A stretch of DNA of 34,116 nucleotides from a virus. Taxonomy: Duplodnaviria > Caudoviricetes. Positions 18,594-28,434 of the stretch are shown here, in pieces. How positions within the stretch are numbered: position 1 is the stretch's first letter; each line of letters opens with the position of its first letter. The stretch spans positions 1-34,116 of IMG/VR virus record IMGVR_UViG_3300020003_000009, one strand, 5' to 3'. The notes below the pieces were generated by a model that saw nothing but the letters and a program-made list of their open reading frames with translations, did no database searches and was not told the origin of the DNA. Made by a program: the position numbers and the translations under genes.

Positions 18594-20257
18594 CTGTTGA
18601 TCCCCCCAAGGAGATAGTGCAGGGAGATCGACACGAAGCTTAAGCCTGCATCGCTCAATCCACTGAACCTAAGTTTCGCTATCTGGAACTTGCAAGGCCA
18701 GACGTAATGCCACTTACGAGCAGTGTTCCGTCCACCGCCATAAGGTTGTGGTCCTCCACCAAAGTGTCCTTGTCCCCCTCCACTAAACTCAGTTGTGAGT
18801 GCGGGACTGTCAACTCCTGCGTTGGTGTAGAAGTTATCAACGTACATTCGAGTGTCGAACTCGGACAACCCGCGTGTATCAAAAGATATATGTTTAGAAG
18901 TCTTAGACTTTGTTCGCTGTCCGAAGTCCAACCACGGCAACTCCCAATCGAAGGGTATAGGAGCGCCATTGTCTGTGTAGATTGGGTCATCGTCACTTCC
19001 TAACACCCAAATCTTGGCATCCTTATCACCAAAGAATACGCGTCCGGTGAGTGAACGTACTCCACAAGTGAAGTTCCAGTTGCCGTATAGGCTCCAAGCA
19101 TCTTGTTGCAGTGATGGGCGATAACCGTAAACGAATGCTTTAGTTTCGGTTGTCTCAGCGACTGTCTCTGCGTTGGGGACAAACAACATGAATTGCCCGT
19201 TGGCTCTGTTGTAGACAGAAAAGACATGGTTCTCCATCGCTTCAAAGCTAAGAGGCTTCAGTGCTGCTTTTATCTCTGGATCAATAAGATCGGAAACCCG
19301 TTCCGGCTTGAAACTCGTTGACAGTGCAGTACGCTTAATACTAGGCACTCCTTCAAGGTCCATAAACAGCCCATCGTCACCGTAAGCAATCCCACTGCGA
19401 TGAGAGATTGAGCCATAACCGGATACTCCGTCCTCAAAGTTGGGAGTATGATTGCCATTCTCATCGTAATCCCCCAACTGTCCAAACAGCAGACCTTCTG
19501 CGAACATCACAATGAGCTTACCACGGAAGGTAAGCAGACCGCGAATGGTTGTTGCACCTGACAGGATAGAGCCAACATCAAGCCTTGTGCCATCATTAGG
19601 CTCGTCGTCACCGTACCATGTACCATGAGCATCACGAGCACTAATGTGAACACGATCAGGCTCTAGCGGATCACCAGCCATTACTAAGTAGCGGCTAATA
19701 GAAGTGACGTACTTACAGATAGGCACATTGAGGTTGCTGTTAGTAGCTGCGTCTTGTAAGTATTCCACTCTGAACTGATTGTCTATGTCCAGAGGCTTCT
19801 CTTGACCATTGCAGATCACCAAGTGGTCATTGAACTCTGCAAATGACACGAAGTCAAGTGAGTGCCAACCAGTGACTATAGGACTTCCAGGAGGATGAGG
19901 GAGTGTGTTGGCAATAGCTTCGTTCCAGATCACTGATACTAAGCCGTTGCCAAGGATTTTGCAGATCTCTCCGTTGCTGAACACAACGATGAGTGCTGAG
20001 TTGAAGTAGTAAGCATCAACTGCATACGAGGGAGTGGAGAGATAGGGGAGGCAGTTAGCAAACAACCTGTAGCCTTGCCTCACCGATACGCTTCCATCGC
20101 TGTCAGCATAGACATTGTAAGCTATTCTGGCGTACTTGTGGCTTAGGTTCATATCATCGTCAAGCACATTCCATCCACCACTGAACTCACGCAGCGTTAC
20201 TGGCCGCAAGTTCTGTGATATGCGGAATTGCTTAGGCATGATCTTCTCTAAGCGCAT
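18590..20257 (-). CDS. Tail nozzle / tubular protein B (P22 gp10 / T7 gp12-like)
   Basis: 555 aa, beta-rich; N-terminal FSGGWN and VSVRQG motif; follows the adaptor gene. Confidence 0.7.
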   Translation of the reverse strand: MRLEKIMPKQFRISQNLRPVTLREFSGGWNVLDDDMNLSHKYARIAYNVYADSDGSVSVRQGYRLFANCLPYLSTPSYAVDAYYFNSALIVVFSNGEICKILGNGLVSVIWNEAIANTLPHPPGSPIVTGWHSLDFVSFAEFNDHLVICNGQEKPLDIDNQFRVEYLQDAATNSNLNVPICKYVTSISRYLVMAGDPLEPDRVHISARDAHGTWYGDDEPNDGTRLDVGSILSGATTIRGLLTFRGKLIVMFAEGLLFGQLGDYDENGNHTPNFEDGVSGYGSISHRSGIAYGDDGLFMDLEGVPSIKRTALSTSFKPERVSDLIDPEIKAALKPLSFEAMENHVFSVYNRANGQFMLFVPNAETVAETTETKAFVYGYRPSLQQDAWSLYGNWNFTCGVRSLTGRVFFGDKDAKIWVLGSDDDPIYTDNGAPIPFDWELPWLDFGQRTKSKTSKHISFDTRGLSEFDTRMYVDNFYTNAGVDSPALTTEFSGGGQGHFGGGPQPYGGGRNTARKWHYVWPCKFQIAKLRFSGLSDAGLSFVSISLHYLLGGINR

Positions 20258-20258
20258 A

Positions 20259-20903
20259 TCAACTCCACTGTGTAGGGATTTGTTCGCTCCGTGGGTTCAG
20301 TAACACCACGTTGTCGAACTCTGAGTCCTCAAGAGCTTTCATTCTGCTATCAAACAACCCTTGCATCTTGGCAGCGGCGCCAGCATTACTTGCATCATCA
20401 ACTAGGTAATCCCAGGCGGCATAGTAACACAGCGCAAGGCTGTCGAACGGCACTATATCTGTCATAATGAACTCAGTAGCAGGGCGTTCGCGTCCAACCA
20501 CCACAATGTTGCCTGTTGATCCTAGCGGATAGACTGTGAACAGCGTCGCGTCTGCTGTAGGTTCGAGAAATCTTGGAGTCGTTCCATCAACCAAACCCAA
20601 CAGGTTGTAGCTGAGGGGCATGGTGGGGATTGGGTGTTGACTATTCGCTCTAAAGACATCGCTGACATCTTTCCACTCTTTAATGAGGCTGAACGGGAGC
20701 ACAGGTTTCCCCGTAATCCCGTCCAGCATCCTTGCCTCGCGTCGAACAAATGAGGGCCAAAACTTCGCTGTGAAGCAATGGTCAAAAGCGTGTTGCAGCT
20801 TTTGCATTATGACATCTTGAGCATACACTTGAGTGTTGACACCAGCAGCTTGATAAAGCATACGTTCTGTGTCAACAGTCAGTTGCATTAGTGTCTTGAG
20901 CAT
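20259..20903 (-). CDS. Head-tail adaptor (tail tubular protein A-like)
   Basis: 214 aa, helical termini, position between head genes and nozzle. Confidence 0.6.
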   Translation of the reverse strand: MLKTLMQLTVDTERMLYQAAGVNTQVYAQDVIMQKLQHAFDHCFTAKFWPSFVRREARMLDGITGKPVLPFSLIKEWKDVSDVFRANSQHPIPTMPLSYNLLGLVDGTTPRFLEPTADATLFTVYPLGSTGNIVVVGRERPATEFIMTDIVPFDSLALCYYAAWDYLVDDASNAGAAAKMQGLFDSRMKALEDSEFDNVVLLNPRSEQIPTQWS

Positions 20904-20913
20904 AACGACCCCT

Positions 20914-20987
20914 CAAAGAAAGCGGGAGTGGTTTCGACGCAAGGACGAATATACGCTTAGACCACTCCCTACCGTCACGAATGACGG
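20914..20987 (-). terminator. Double-hairpin element, probably a terminator or attenuator after the head genes; possible sRNA
   Basis: On the - strand: CCGUCA-UUCG-UGACGG, then a GGGAGUGGU/ACCACUCCC stem followed by GCUUUCUUU. Confidence 0.7.
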
Positions 20988-20989
20988 GT

Positions 20990-21622
20990 TTAGGCCGCTT
21001 GCATACCGTGCAATCCCCCGTTGCCATTGGCATTGAGGATGTTGTACGGCTGGAACTTAGCCATAATCCGGTTACTGCCATTGAGTGCAGTAGTCGGGGC
21101 GTAAGTACCACGCGGATCGCCAGTGGTTGAGGTCTGCGGATCAACAAGCGAACCGGGAACCAAAGCTCCAGGCGCTGCTTCAACACCATTAGCTACTTCT
21201 TCCATCACCGCAGCCATGCGATAAGGAAGTCCTAGCAATGCACCCCAACCAACAATCACTGCACCAGTGAAGGGATCAATAGCGTCAATCCACTTGAACG
21301 CCTTTTTGCCCGCTGCTGATGCACCAATTGTTTCGGTCACGCCTTGACCAAGGTAGTCTTTGCCGCGCACAGTAACAGAACCGCCAGCACCGTTCGTAAC
21401 ATTGCGTCCGAACGGAGCATCAGCAGTATCCGCACCGAACACCGTCAACGGAGTGCCAGCTACGCCAGCAACACTGTTGAGAATGTTCGTCGCCACAGCA
21501 GCGACAGGGGTTAAGAAATCCACAACATACGCAGCACCGTGGATTACATCGGCTGCATATCCCATCGCAGGGACGTAGGCATTGTACCTACGGTTGCGAA
21601 ACGATGCTACTCTCTGTACCAT
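20990..21622 (-). CDS. Putative head decoration / minor capsid protein
   Basis: 210 aa, G/A/V/T-rich, lies upstream of the head-gene terminator so probably high copy; AAGGAG RBS. Confidence 0.55.
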   Translation of the reverse strand: MVQRVASFRNRRYNAYVPAMGYAADVIHGAAYVVDFLTPVAAVATNILNSVAGVAGTPLTVFGADTADAPFGRNVTNGAGGSVTVRGKDYLGQGVTETIGASAAGKKAFKWIDAIDPFTGAVIVGWGALLGLPYRMAAVMEEVANGVEAAPGALVPGSLVDPQTSTTGDPRGTYAPTTALNGSNRIMAKFQPYNILNANGNGGLHGMQAA

Positions 21623-21990
21623 TATTCGCTCCTTACTTTCGTTTTGGCGGGACGGTGTTCTACTTCTTCATCTTCAACCAACACGTTGAGGTCAACCTCT
21701 CCTTGTGGGTTGTTGGCGAAGTCGTAGGGATCACCGCCAATGTCGATAACATCACCAGTTTCCATATCAACCATTCGAGGCTTAAGATGGTAGCCCATAG
21801 ACTTAAGTTGCTCGAACGATGTTACACGAATGCTGTGGCCCTGCGGAAAGTAGATCATGTAGCAGTCACGTTCTTCCGTGACGGTTTCCTGTTGGAGTGA
21901 CTTCTCTTCAGGGTCCATCCAACACTTTTGGTAAGTGACCATTTCCTTCCGCGGGCCTTTAACAGCGTATCGGGCGCGTATTCTTGCCAT
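21622..21990 (-). CDS. Hypothetical protein downstream of the major capsid gene
   Basis: GGAAGGACGAAACA leader, TAATG coupling to the next gene. Confidence 0.75.
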   Translation of the reverse strand: MARIRARYAVKGPRKEMVTYQKCWMDPEEKSLQQETVTEERDCYMIYFPQGHSIRVTSFEQLKSMGYHLKPRMVDMETGDVIDIGGDPYDFANNPQGEVDLNVLVEDEEVEHRPAKTKVRSE

Positions 21991-22011
21991 TGTTTCGTCC
22001 TTCCAATAGCG

Positions 22012-22959
22012 TTAGTTGTTGAGCACACCGTGCGTACGATATGCTTTCCATAGAGTGAACTGGCCCTGCCATACAACTCTTGAACCATGAGCGTCAGTAT
22101 CCCAAGGCGCAGAGAGGGACTTCACCTTCATGTTCACGTGCTTAAGGATTGTAGTCCTCAAGTACTTGCTGTTGATGAAGTAAGCCTTATTCACCGGACA
22201 ATCCTCATCATACAAGATGGGAATGTTCTGGTGACTAATGCCAGTGAAGCCAAGATCCATCATGCGCTTACCATTGCTGGTATCGCTCAAGTTGAACACA
22301 ACCTTCTCCCGAACCGCAGCACGGTACAGGCGATAGATGTTGCGACCAACAAGGATAAGATCAGGCTTGTCACTCTTCAGCGTAAGATCGAGCAAGATGT
22401 CGTCAAACGCTTCCTCAATGTTGCTCGCGTTCAATGCACCAGCGAACTGATACGAACTCGTGCGCCATTGTGGTTCAGTAGCACGATTGATACCACCGAG
22501 CACACCTGTCGTGGGATCATCAGGGATAAGCGAAGCCAAACCCAACGGATCAGTACCACCGCCCGCTGCGTATAGATATTCGCTGAACTTTTCCTTGATG
22601 CTCTCTTCCAGGACATCCATCTTGGCTTTCATAAGCTTGAAGATGGCTGCTTCACCACGGTTCTCATCTTCTTCCTGATCGGAAATGATGACAGTACCAG
22701 CCACACGTGACCAGTAGTACCGTGCCGTAGTGAACTCGTTGGTCTGTGCCACTGGTAGCTGATCGTAGTATTCGTACGATGCTACGTTGGGGTTGCGACC
22801 AGTAGTGAGAGGATTGGTGATGTCGTAACCACCATCCTCGTAATCGACGCGATCGTTGGCGAAAGCCCATGCCATTAGCGCATTGCTGCGTACTGACGCC
22901 ATGATTAGCTTCCGCCTCGACTTAGTAAGCGTCGAGTTAAGTACGGTTGCTAGTGCCAC
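22012..22959 (-). CDS. Major capsid protein
   Basis: 315 aa after the scaffold; HK97-type features (PLGLASLI, YFINSKYL, WQGQF); AGGAG RBS. Confidence 0.85.
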   Translation of the reverse strand: MALATVLNSTLTKSRRKLIMASVRSNALMAWAFANDRVDYEDGGYDITNPLTTGRNPNVASYEYYDQLPVAQTNEFTTARYYWSRVAGTVIISDQEEDENRGEAAIFKLMKAKMDVLEESIKEKFSEYLYAAGGGTDPLGLASLIPDDPTTGVLGGINRATEPQWRTSSYQFAGALNASNIEEAFDDILLDLTLKSDKPDLILVGRNIYRLYRAAVREKVVFNLSDTSNGKRMMDLGFTGISHQNIPILYDEDCPVNKAYFINSKYLRTTILKHVNMKVKSLSAPWDTDAHGSRVVWQGQFTLWKAYRTHGVLNN

Positions 22960-22968
22960 TTCATTCTC

Positions 22969-23976
22969 CTAGATGTTAAGGCCACTTTCTCTCATCGCTT
23001 GTCGCACGATGTCTCCAGTGTCCATATCGTCGGATGCGAGAGTGGTTACTTCAGCAGAATTGATTGGTGCATTCGCCGCGTTGTTTCCTGCGGGTAAGGG
23101 TGCTCTATTCTGATGTTGTTGACCACCTGCATTTGCTGGATCAGCGCCCACCACTCCAACATTCTGTTCGAGAGTGAGGGACCAGTCATAACCCTTCTCA
23201 ATGAAGGCGTCTCTGACTTGGTAATACGCGTCCTCTAAATCGAGGCCGGGGTGATCTCGCAAGACAGTCGCAAGTAGCTTATCATGCGGTCTAGCGTCGG
23301 GGTGTCTACCAAAGAAAGCATTTGCTTCGTTAGCAGCTTCGTCAAGTATTTCCTCGTCGCTTTGGTACTCATTGTTGTCTTGTTGCGGTAAGCGTTCGTC
23401 AATCATGCGCTGTATTGCGGCCATGTCAACACCGCTTCCGATGTCGTCAATACTATAGCCTTGTGCCGCCGCTTCTGCAAGCAATTTCTTCAACGTCCCC
23501 TGGGGGTCTCTTTGAAGATCCACAATGATACGTGCTCCCAACGCAAGTTGATCGGGCGCAATACCATGTAATGACTGCACAGACTGCTGAACAGCAGCTA
23601 ATTCGTTCTGCACCTGCGCTAGTTGGTTGCGTGTATTGTTAAGCTCTTGTTCCTTTGTGTGTAGCTGCGCTCGTGCGACCTCACGCTGTTCATAGAACCT
23701 ACGTTCCGGCCCGCCCTTGACTACTGTTCCATCTTGTAGCTTTAAGTCCTTGGGATGAGGAGCACTTGGTGCTGGCGGCGCTCCTTCTTGCTTAGGCTTC
23801 GGTTGTGTGCCACTGTCGCCATCACCGCTTGGGCGATCTTGAGGCTGCTGCTGTGTACCATCTTCGCCCTCTTTGTTTTCTGTTGGCGTAGTCTCAGCTT
23901 TGCCATCCTGTGCCTCAATCGCAATGTCGATGTTGCGTTCAATGTTGTCGGTGATAGTGTTTTCATCGGGAAGCAT
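22969..23976 (-). CDS. Capsid scaffolding protein
   Basis: Acidic disordered N-terminus, coiled-coil core, short C-terminal helix; between portal and MCP. Confidence 0.75.
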   Translation of the reverse strand: MLPDENTITDNIERNIDIAIEAQDGKAETTPTENKEGEDGTQQQPQDRPSGDGDSGTQPKPKQEGAPPAPSAPHPKDLKLQDGTVVKGGPERRFYEQREVARAQLHTKEQELNNTRNQLAQVQNELAAVQQSVQSLHGIAPDQLALGARIIVDLQRDPQGTLKKLLAEAAAQGYSIDDIGSGVDMAAIQRMIDERLPQQDNNEYQSDEEILDEAANEANAFFGRHPDARPHDKLLATVLRDHPGLDLEDAYYQVRDAFIEKGYDWSLTLEQNVGVVGADPANAGGQQHQNRAPLPAGNNAANAPINSAEVTTLASDDMDTGDIVRQAMRESGLNI

Positions 23977-23994
23977 TGTATTCGTCCTTCTCTC

Positions 23995-26169
23995 TTACGA
24001 GGGTTGTAGTCCACCCAACTGTGCCTCAATCTGTTGTAATGCTTCGCTTGGAGGCACACCAGCTTGCACCATTTCCTGCAACTTAGCTTGCGCTTGCGGC
24101 GGGAGTTTAGCTATCTTCATCTTTAGTTGTTGCAGCATTGCTTCGTCTGTTAACGGAGGTCCAGGAGGTTGTTGTCCCGGCGCACCTTGCCCCTGTGCAC
24201 CGGGACCACCGCCAGCTTTCTGAAGTCCCTGCATCATCGTTGTTTCGACGCGCTCCCAATCTTCATCAGCGACAGTGAACTCATCGAACGCACGTTCAAA
24301 CATCTTAAGCATCAACACAACAACAGCAGGAGAAGCAGAAGCAAACTGCCCCATCACCTGTCCCATTTCAATTGCTTGTTGCTTTTTCTCACGGCTATTT
24401 GGTTTCGCACTAGAGCCACTCTCCACTCTAACTGCAAACTCCTTCTCAAACTCTCTAGGAGAGTTAACCTTCTGCCAAGTTTTCGCAAGTTCCGGTCCTA
24501 TGAACGGAGAGACATCCTCTGCATCCCACTCTGTGCAACACAGCAAGCAGATGTTCCAACTGATGTCAGCGATGAAGTCCTCAATCAAGTCCACTCTTTC
24601 CTCAACACGGATGTCTGTGTTCTTGTTGTAAGTCTCCACTGCTTTGTTCGTGGTGTTGGTCTTGAACTGAGCACCACGTTGTGCTTCATTGATACCAGTG
24701 ATCCTGTTGATTGCTTGGAACTTGCTATCAGGAGAGAAGAACTCAGGAATGTTCAATCCCGGTGGAATGAAGCTGAAGATGTGATCTGCAAGCTTACTAC
24801 CTTCTGGAAGGTCAATACCACGCGCAGTGCCATCATCACCTTTCAGTACCTTCTCAACGTCCTCTTGGTTGATTGCGTTCTTGTTATACAGCACGTTGCG
24901 ACGCGCCCACTGTCTGCCGCGCCTGACTTCATCTGCAATCTCGTTGATCGCATCCTGTTGATCTAAGTAGTACGTGACTTCACCCTTCGGTGCGTGAGAG
25001 TTAGTGCTCTCATGGAACCACAAGCGGAAGTACGGGAAGAAGCGAGGCAATTTGTGTGGATCATCCCACACCCACAGCGGCCAAGTCCAGTGGTTGTCAG
25101 CATACATCAGGACTCGTCTTGTGGCTTTGTCCCAGATGTACCAAACCTTCGTGTGCTTTGCTTTGTCGAAGGCAACTGTGTTGTCGTATCCGTAAGTGGC
25201 GGCGTTTGCGTCCTCAGCAGAGGAGAAGAGTGAAAACGTGTTGACCTGCTCTTCAACATCACTAGTGCTGCCAGTTCCGGCGTCAAGAATGTGCGTTGGC
25301 GAGTATACCGACCGCGTTTCTTTACCATGTTTGCTTCCATATACTGCGTTGATGTAACTCGTTGGTAGATAGTCCCACTCCATCATCCACATAGCATCAC
25401 TGCCATCAGGCTCAGTAGAGCTAGGATCAACTACAACACGATCAGGTAGAAGGTTCTTCATGAAGGGGCCAGAAGGATTGAGCAAGGCAATCTTCTCTTC
25501 GAGTGCCATCAACTCACCTTCAAGCTTCACTACTTCCTTCTTGTCCGTTGCATTCTCTAAGTCCTGCGAGATACGCTGCAACTCTGCAATAGCAGCTTCA
25601 TTCCCATCCTGCTTCAGTGTAAAGCCGATCTTGATGAAGCCAGAGTTGGTTAGCAGTGTCGTGAGAACGGTGCGGCGTAGCTTCGGCTTTGCGTTAAGGC
25701 CGGGGAGCGACTTCTTCGCAAGCAGCGTGTTGATAAGTCGTTCGATCCCTTTGGCACGTTCAAGGTTAGCATCAATATCTGAAGTGATAGTGATGGTTGG
25801 GTTCTTTGCATACAGCATTGGAACCATGATAGAGCAATTAGAGAACACCACGTTCTCAGTCTCTCTCCACTCGCCACTAAGTCTTGTTCCCGGCTTGTTA
25901 CCTGCGCGTTCTTCGCTTGAAGTGCGATGGATGAGTTGGTCGTTGTCGTAGTAGCGGATCGCTTCACTCCAGGCATCTTCTGATCCCTTACGGTTGCGTA
26001 GTCCCTGCTCCTTACGACTGTTCCACACCAAGCCAACTGCTTTGGTTACAGGTATCTTAGTGTCACCGACCATCTGATAGACAGGCTCAACTACAGCCTT
26101 CTTCTTGCCGCCGCGACCAGCACCGACCCGCTCTAGGTTCTTTTCAATCGGATCATATTCTTCAGCCAT
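23995..26169 (-). CDS. Portal protein
   Basis: 724 aa immediately after TerL; ENVVFSN, VVVDP, QQDAINE, RITGINEAQRG segments; Q-rich tail. Confidence 0.85.
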   Translation of the reverse strand: MAEEYDPIEKNLERVGAGRGGKKKAVVEPVYQMVGDTKIPVTKAVGLVWNSRKEQGLRNRKGSEDAWSEAIRYYDNDQLIHRTSSEERAGNKPGTRLSGEWRETENVVFSNCSIMVPMLYAKNPTITITSDIDANLERAKGIERLINTLLAKKSLPGLNAKPKLRRTVLTTLLTNSGFIKIGFTLKQDGNEAAIAELQRISQDLENATDKKEVVKLEGELMALEEKIALLNPSGPFMKNLLPDRVVVDPSSTEPDGSDAMWMMEWDYLPTSYINAVYGSKHGKETRSVYSPTHILDAGTGSTSDVEEQVNTFSLFSSAEDANAATYGYDNTVAFDKAKHTKVWYIWDKATRRVLMYADNHWTWPLWVWDDPHKLPRFFPYFRLWFHESTNSHAPKGEVTYYLDQQDAINEIADEVRRGRQWARRNVLYNKNAINQEDVEKVLKGDDGTARGIDLPEGSKLADHIFSFIPPGLNIPEFFSPDSKFQAINRITGINEAQRGAQFKTNTTNKAVETYNKNTDIRVEERVDLIEDFIADISWNICLLCCTEWDAEDVSPFIGPELAKTWQKVNSPREFEKEFAVRVESGSSAKPNSREKKQQAIEMGQVMGQFASASPAVVVLMLKMFERAFDEFTVADEDWERVETTMMQGLQKAGGGPGAQGQGAPGQQPPGPPLTDEAMLQQLKMKIAKLPPQAQAKLQEMVQAGVPPSEALQQIEAQLGGLQPS

Positions 26170-27688
26170 AACGGTGCTTCCTATTATCAGGAGTAGTGTT
26201 ATCGTTCACTTCACCCCAACGCATATAGCTAGGCTTAGAGTTGAACACTCGACGCGCATACAACGCTAAACGAGGTCGATTGGTGAAGAAGTACTTAGTC
26301 ATGTCCATCGCGTGATCGTTCTTGTCGTTGGGCACATCCTGGACTTGTCCTGCGGTGTCCTTCTTCCAGTAGTAGTCAACGATCTCTCGATCCCACCAAT
26401 CCAAGTGATTAGAGATAAAGAACCGTGGTGATCCTAACTCTCCTGTCATTGGATGAGGATGCTTCAGATCAATCTCCAAATAGCTCTGTACCTTAGCCAA
26501 TCCACTCACAATGTTGTTGTTCGCTCTAGTGCAGCCTACTTGGAGTTCCCTAAGCATCCCGGCGACTGTAACACCGACCGTTTGAGTACTACCTGGACCT
26601 CTTCTGAAGATAGCCGGGTCTGCGAGTACAGGGCGGAAACTTGCATCGAAGCCGATCTCTCTGGCAATTTCTCTACGATGATCCTTGATGCGGGTGGCGA
26701 TCTTTTCTGGACTAAGTTCTGCTTCATAGAAACCTCCCATCAAGAACGCGTTGCCGTAGCTGTCGCTAAAGCCAATGCCGTAACAAGCAGGAACCGCAAT
26801 GCCATGATCGTACGCTTCGATAATCTCGGGCCTAAGACCTTCTCTAACCTGCCTAGCAAAGTAATCAATGATTTGATCTTGAGGGAGTAGATGCACCATC
26901 TGATTATATTGCGGATAAACCAAGCCCTCAAAAGCACCCCACCCTCCCATCAGGTAGCGTTCGCGCATTTGTCCTTTGTATGCACTCTCCAGCCCCTGAA
27001 TGTAATCTTCTGGAAGGTTCTCTGCATTTGTGTAAGTTGATCCCTCGAACAACTCGATGATTGGCTCCTTAGTGTCTCTGTCAACCAGCAAGTCAGGATT
27101 GTACAAGCCAATGCGATGATCCAGCACAGGCTTGACAAGCTTACGGTATACCCAATTACGTGTTGGGTTGCACAGCACAAGCATCCAACGTGGTCCAGTG
27201 CGAGGCATAGTAGGATCGTCGCCATCATAGATAGCATTGCCACGCAAGCGGCCTAACAGATCGAGAAAGTCCTTCTCACTAATCTCAGGATCTTCTATCT
27301 GATCTACGACAATCCAATCATAAGTGGCACTGAGTAGGTTGGAACTGGAGCCTTCACCGCTCTTACCATGCTGTTGCACGTAGCGGAAGTTAACAACCGT
27401 TCCGTTCTCTAGCTCAATCAGGTTCTCAACAGATAAGGCTCTACGCTTGATCCAACTGTCAGGACACCAATCTAGGAACTCTTTCCGAATGGTGTCATTG
27501 AGTTTAGGATAAGTACTACGAGCAATAAGACCATTAGACCCAGGATAAGCCTTAGCGAGCTTGAGTGCTTTGATGACACCTGCTGTCGTCTTTCCATTGG
27601 CGAAACCGCCGCCAAAGATTTGCACCTTCGCACGCGAGTTCTGAAACTGGTCCTGTAACGAACCTCTTATCTGTTTGTACTGCTTCAC
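26162..27688 (-). CDS. terL: Terminase large subunit
   Basis: Q motif, Walker A GGFANGKT, Walker B variant WIVVDQIE, coupling motif CNP, nuclease AYDHG / ADP / NDHAMD. Confidence 0.92.
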   Translation of the reverse strand: MKQYKQIRGSLQDQFQNSRAKVQIFGGGFANGKTTAGVIKALKLAKAYPGSNGLIARSTYPKLNDTIRKEFLDWCPDSWIKRRALSVENLIELENGTVVNFRYVQQHGKSGEGSSSNLLSATYDWIVVDQIEDPEISEKDFLDLLGRLRGNAIYDGDDPTMPRTGPRWMLVLCNPTRNWVYRKLVKPVLDHRIGLYNPDLLVDRDTKEPIIELFEGSTYTNAENLPEDYIQGLESAYKGQMRERYLMGGWGAFEGLVYPQYNQMVHLLPQDQIIDYFARQVREGLRPEIIEAYDHGIAVPACYGIGFSDSYGNAFLMGGFYEAELSPEKIATRIKDHRREIAREIGFDASFRPVLADPAIFRRGPGSTQTVGVTVAGMLRELQVGCTRANNNIVSGLAKVQSYLEIDLKHPHPMTGELGSPRFFISNHLDWWDREIVDYYWKKDTAGQVQDVPNDKNDHAMDMTKYFFTNRPRLALYARRVFNSKPSYMRWGEVNDNTTPDNRKHRYG

Positions 27689-27897
27689 TTAGCGACCCAA
27701 CCAGTGTTGCCACTTCCACTCTCTTTAACATAGAACGAAGTGAGAGCACCACCATCGGAGCGATGATAGTGAGCACCTACGTTAGCAGTGATAACACCGT
27801 TAGGTGATCCTGTGCCTCTGTACACAACACCACCAAGTGCAGGGTTGTCGATCAGTGCACCGCCACCGTTACCGCTCAAGTCACGATAAAGAACCAT
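27685..27897 (-). CDS. 70-aa Gly-rich putative virion protein
   Basis: AGGAGG RBS; GTGSPNGVITANVG..Y.RSDGG...YVKESGSGNTGWVAK resembles a module seen at the ends of fibre/spike proteins. Confidence 0.7.
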   Translation of the reverse strand: MVLYRDLSGNGGGALIDNPALGGVVYRGTGSPNGVITANVGAHYHRSDGGALTSFYVKESGSGNTGWVAK

Positions 27898-27906
27898 CTT
27901 ACCCTC

Positions 27907-28434
27907 CTATATCTCGACTGTTGCGTTGAAAGCTACTTGAGCATTGTCAAGCAACACGCTGTCACTGATGCGACGAATTTGCAGTTGCATCTGAGCGTTA
28001 GCAACTCCTGGAGCTGTTCGAACGACTGCCCACGAGCGCGTTGTACTTAGAGGCAACCATGATCCGAAGGTGCCACTAAAGAAGCTGCCACTAGTAACAG
28101 TCGCTAACGCAGCGTAATCACCTGCTGCACCACTTAGTAACCATGCCCAAGGCGTAACACCTGATCCAGATGTCATGCCACTTGCGTTCAAAGCAAAGTT
28201 AGCGTTAGCATCAGCAGGGTCGATAGCGATGGCATCACAAGACACATTATATATATCTACAAGCCCTGTCGGTGTTCCTGCTGAACGGCCAAGGAAGTCT
28301 AAGAAGCCTAACACTCCTGATGCTGGAGCACCACCTAAGCCATAGAAAGCTCCTGGGAAGATTGAGGTTGCAGGGATGCTAAACTCAGCAGCTATCTGAG
28401 TAATTGTGATCGGCGGTGCTAATGGCAGTGTCAC
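27907..28434 (-). CDS. Putative fibre-tip / receptor-binding protein
   Basis: N-terminal TLPLAPPITITQIAAEF...LGFLDFLG motif typical of adhesins that follow fibres carrying an S74 chaperone. Confidence 0.55.
   Translation of the reverse strand: MTLPLAPPITITQIAAEFSIPATSIFPGAFYGLGGAPASGVLGFLDFLGRSAGTPTGLVDIYNVSCDAIAIDPADANANFALNASGMTSGSGVTPWAWLLSGAAGDYAALATVTSGSFFSGTFGSWLPLSTTRSWAVVRTAPGVANAQMQLQIRRISDSVLLDNAQVAFNATVEI

Noticed and set aside
24169-24966. 265-aa + strand ORF, and other long antisense ORFs (e.g. 14426-15016, 10154-10660, 25460-25951)
   Set aside because: They lie opposite well-supported structural genes, show no recognisable motifs, and are explained as shadow frames
21990-26169. 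Portal, scaffold, MCP and gene 21990 are all in one frame separated by single stops (also 27907/27897), suggesting read-through or stop recoding
   Set aside because: Each downstream gene has its own RBS, TAGGAG is explained by stop/SD overlap, about one third of all late-operon junctions are in frame as expected by chance, and genes are intact under the standard code
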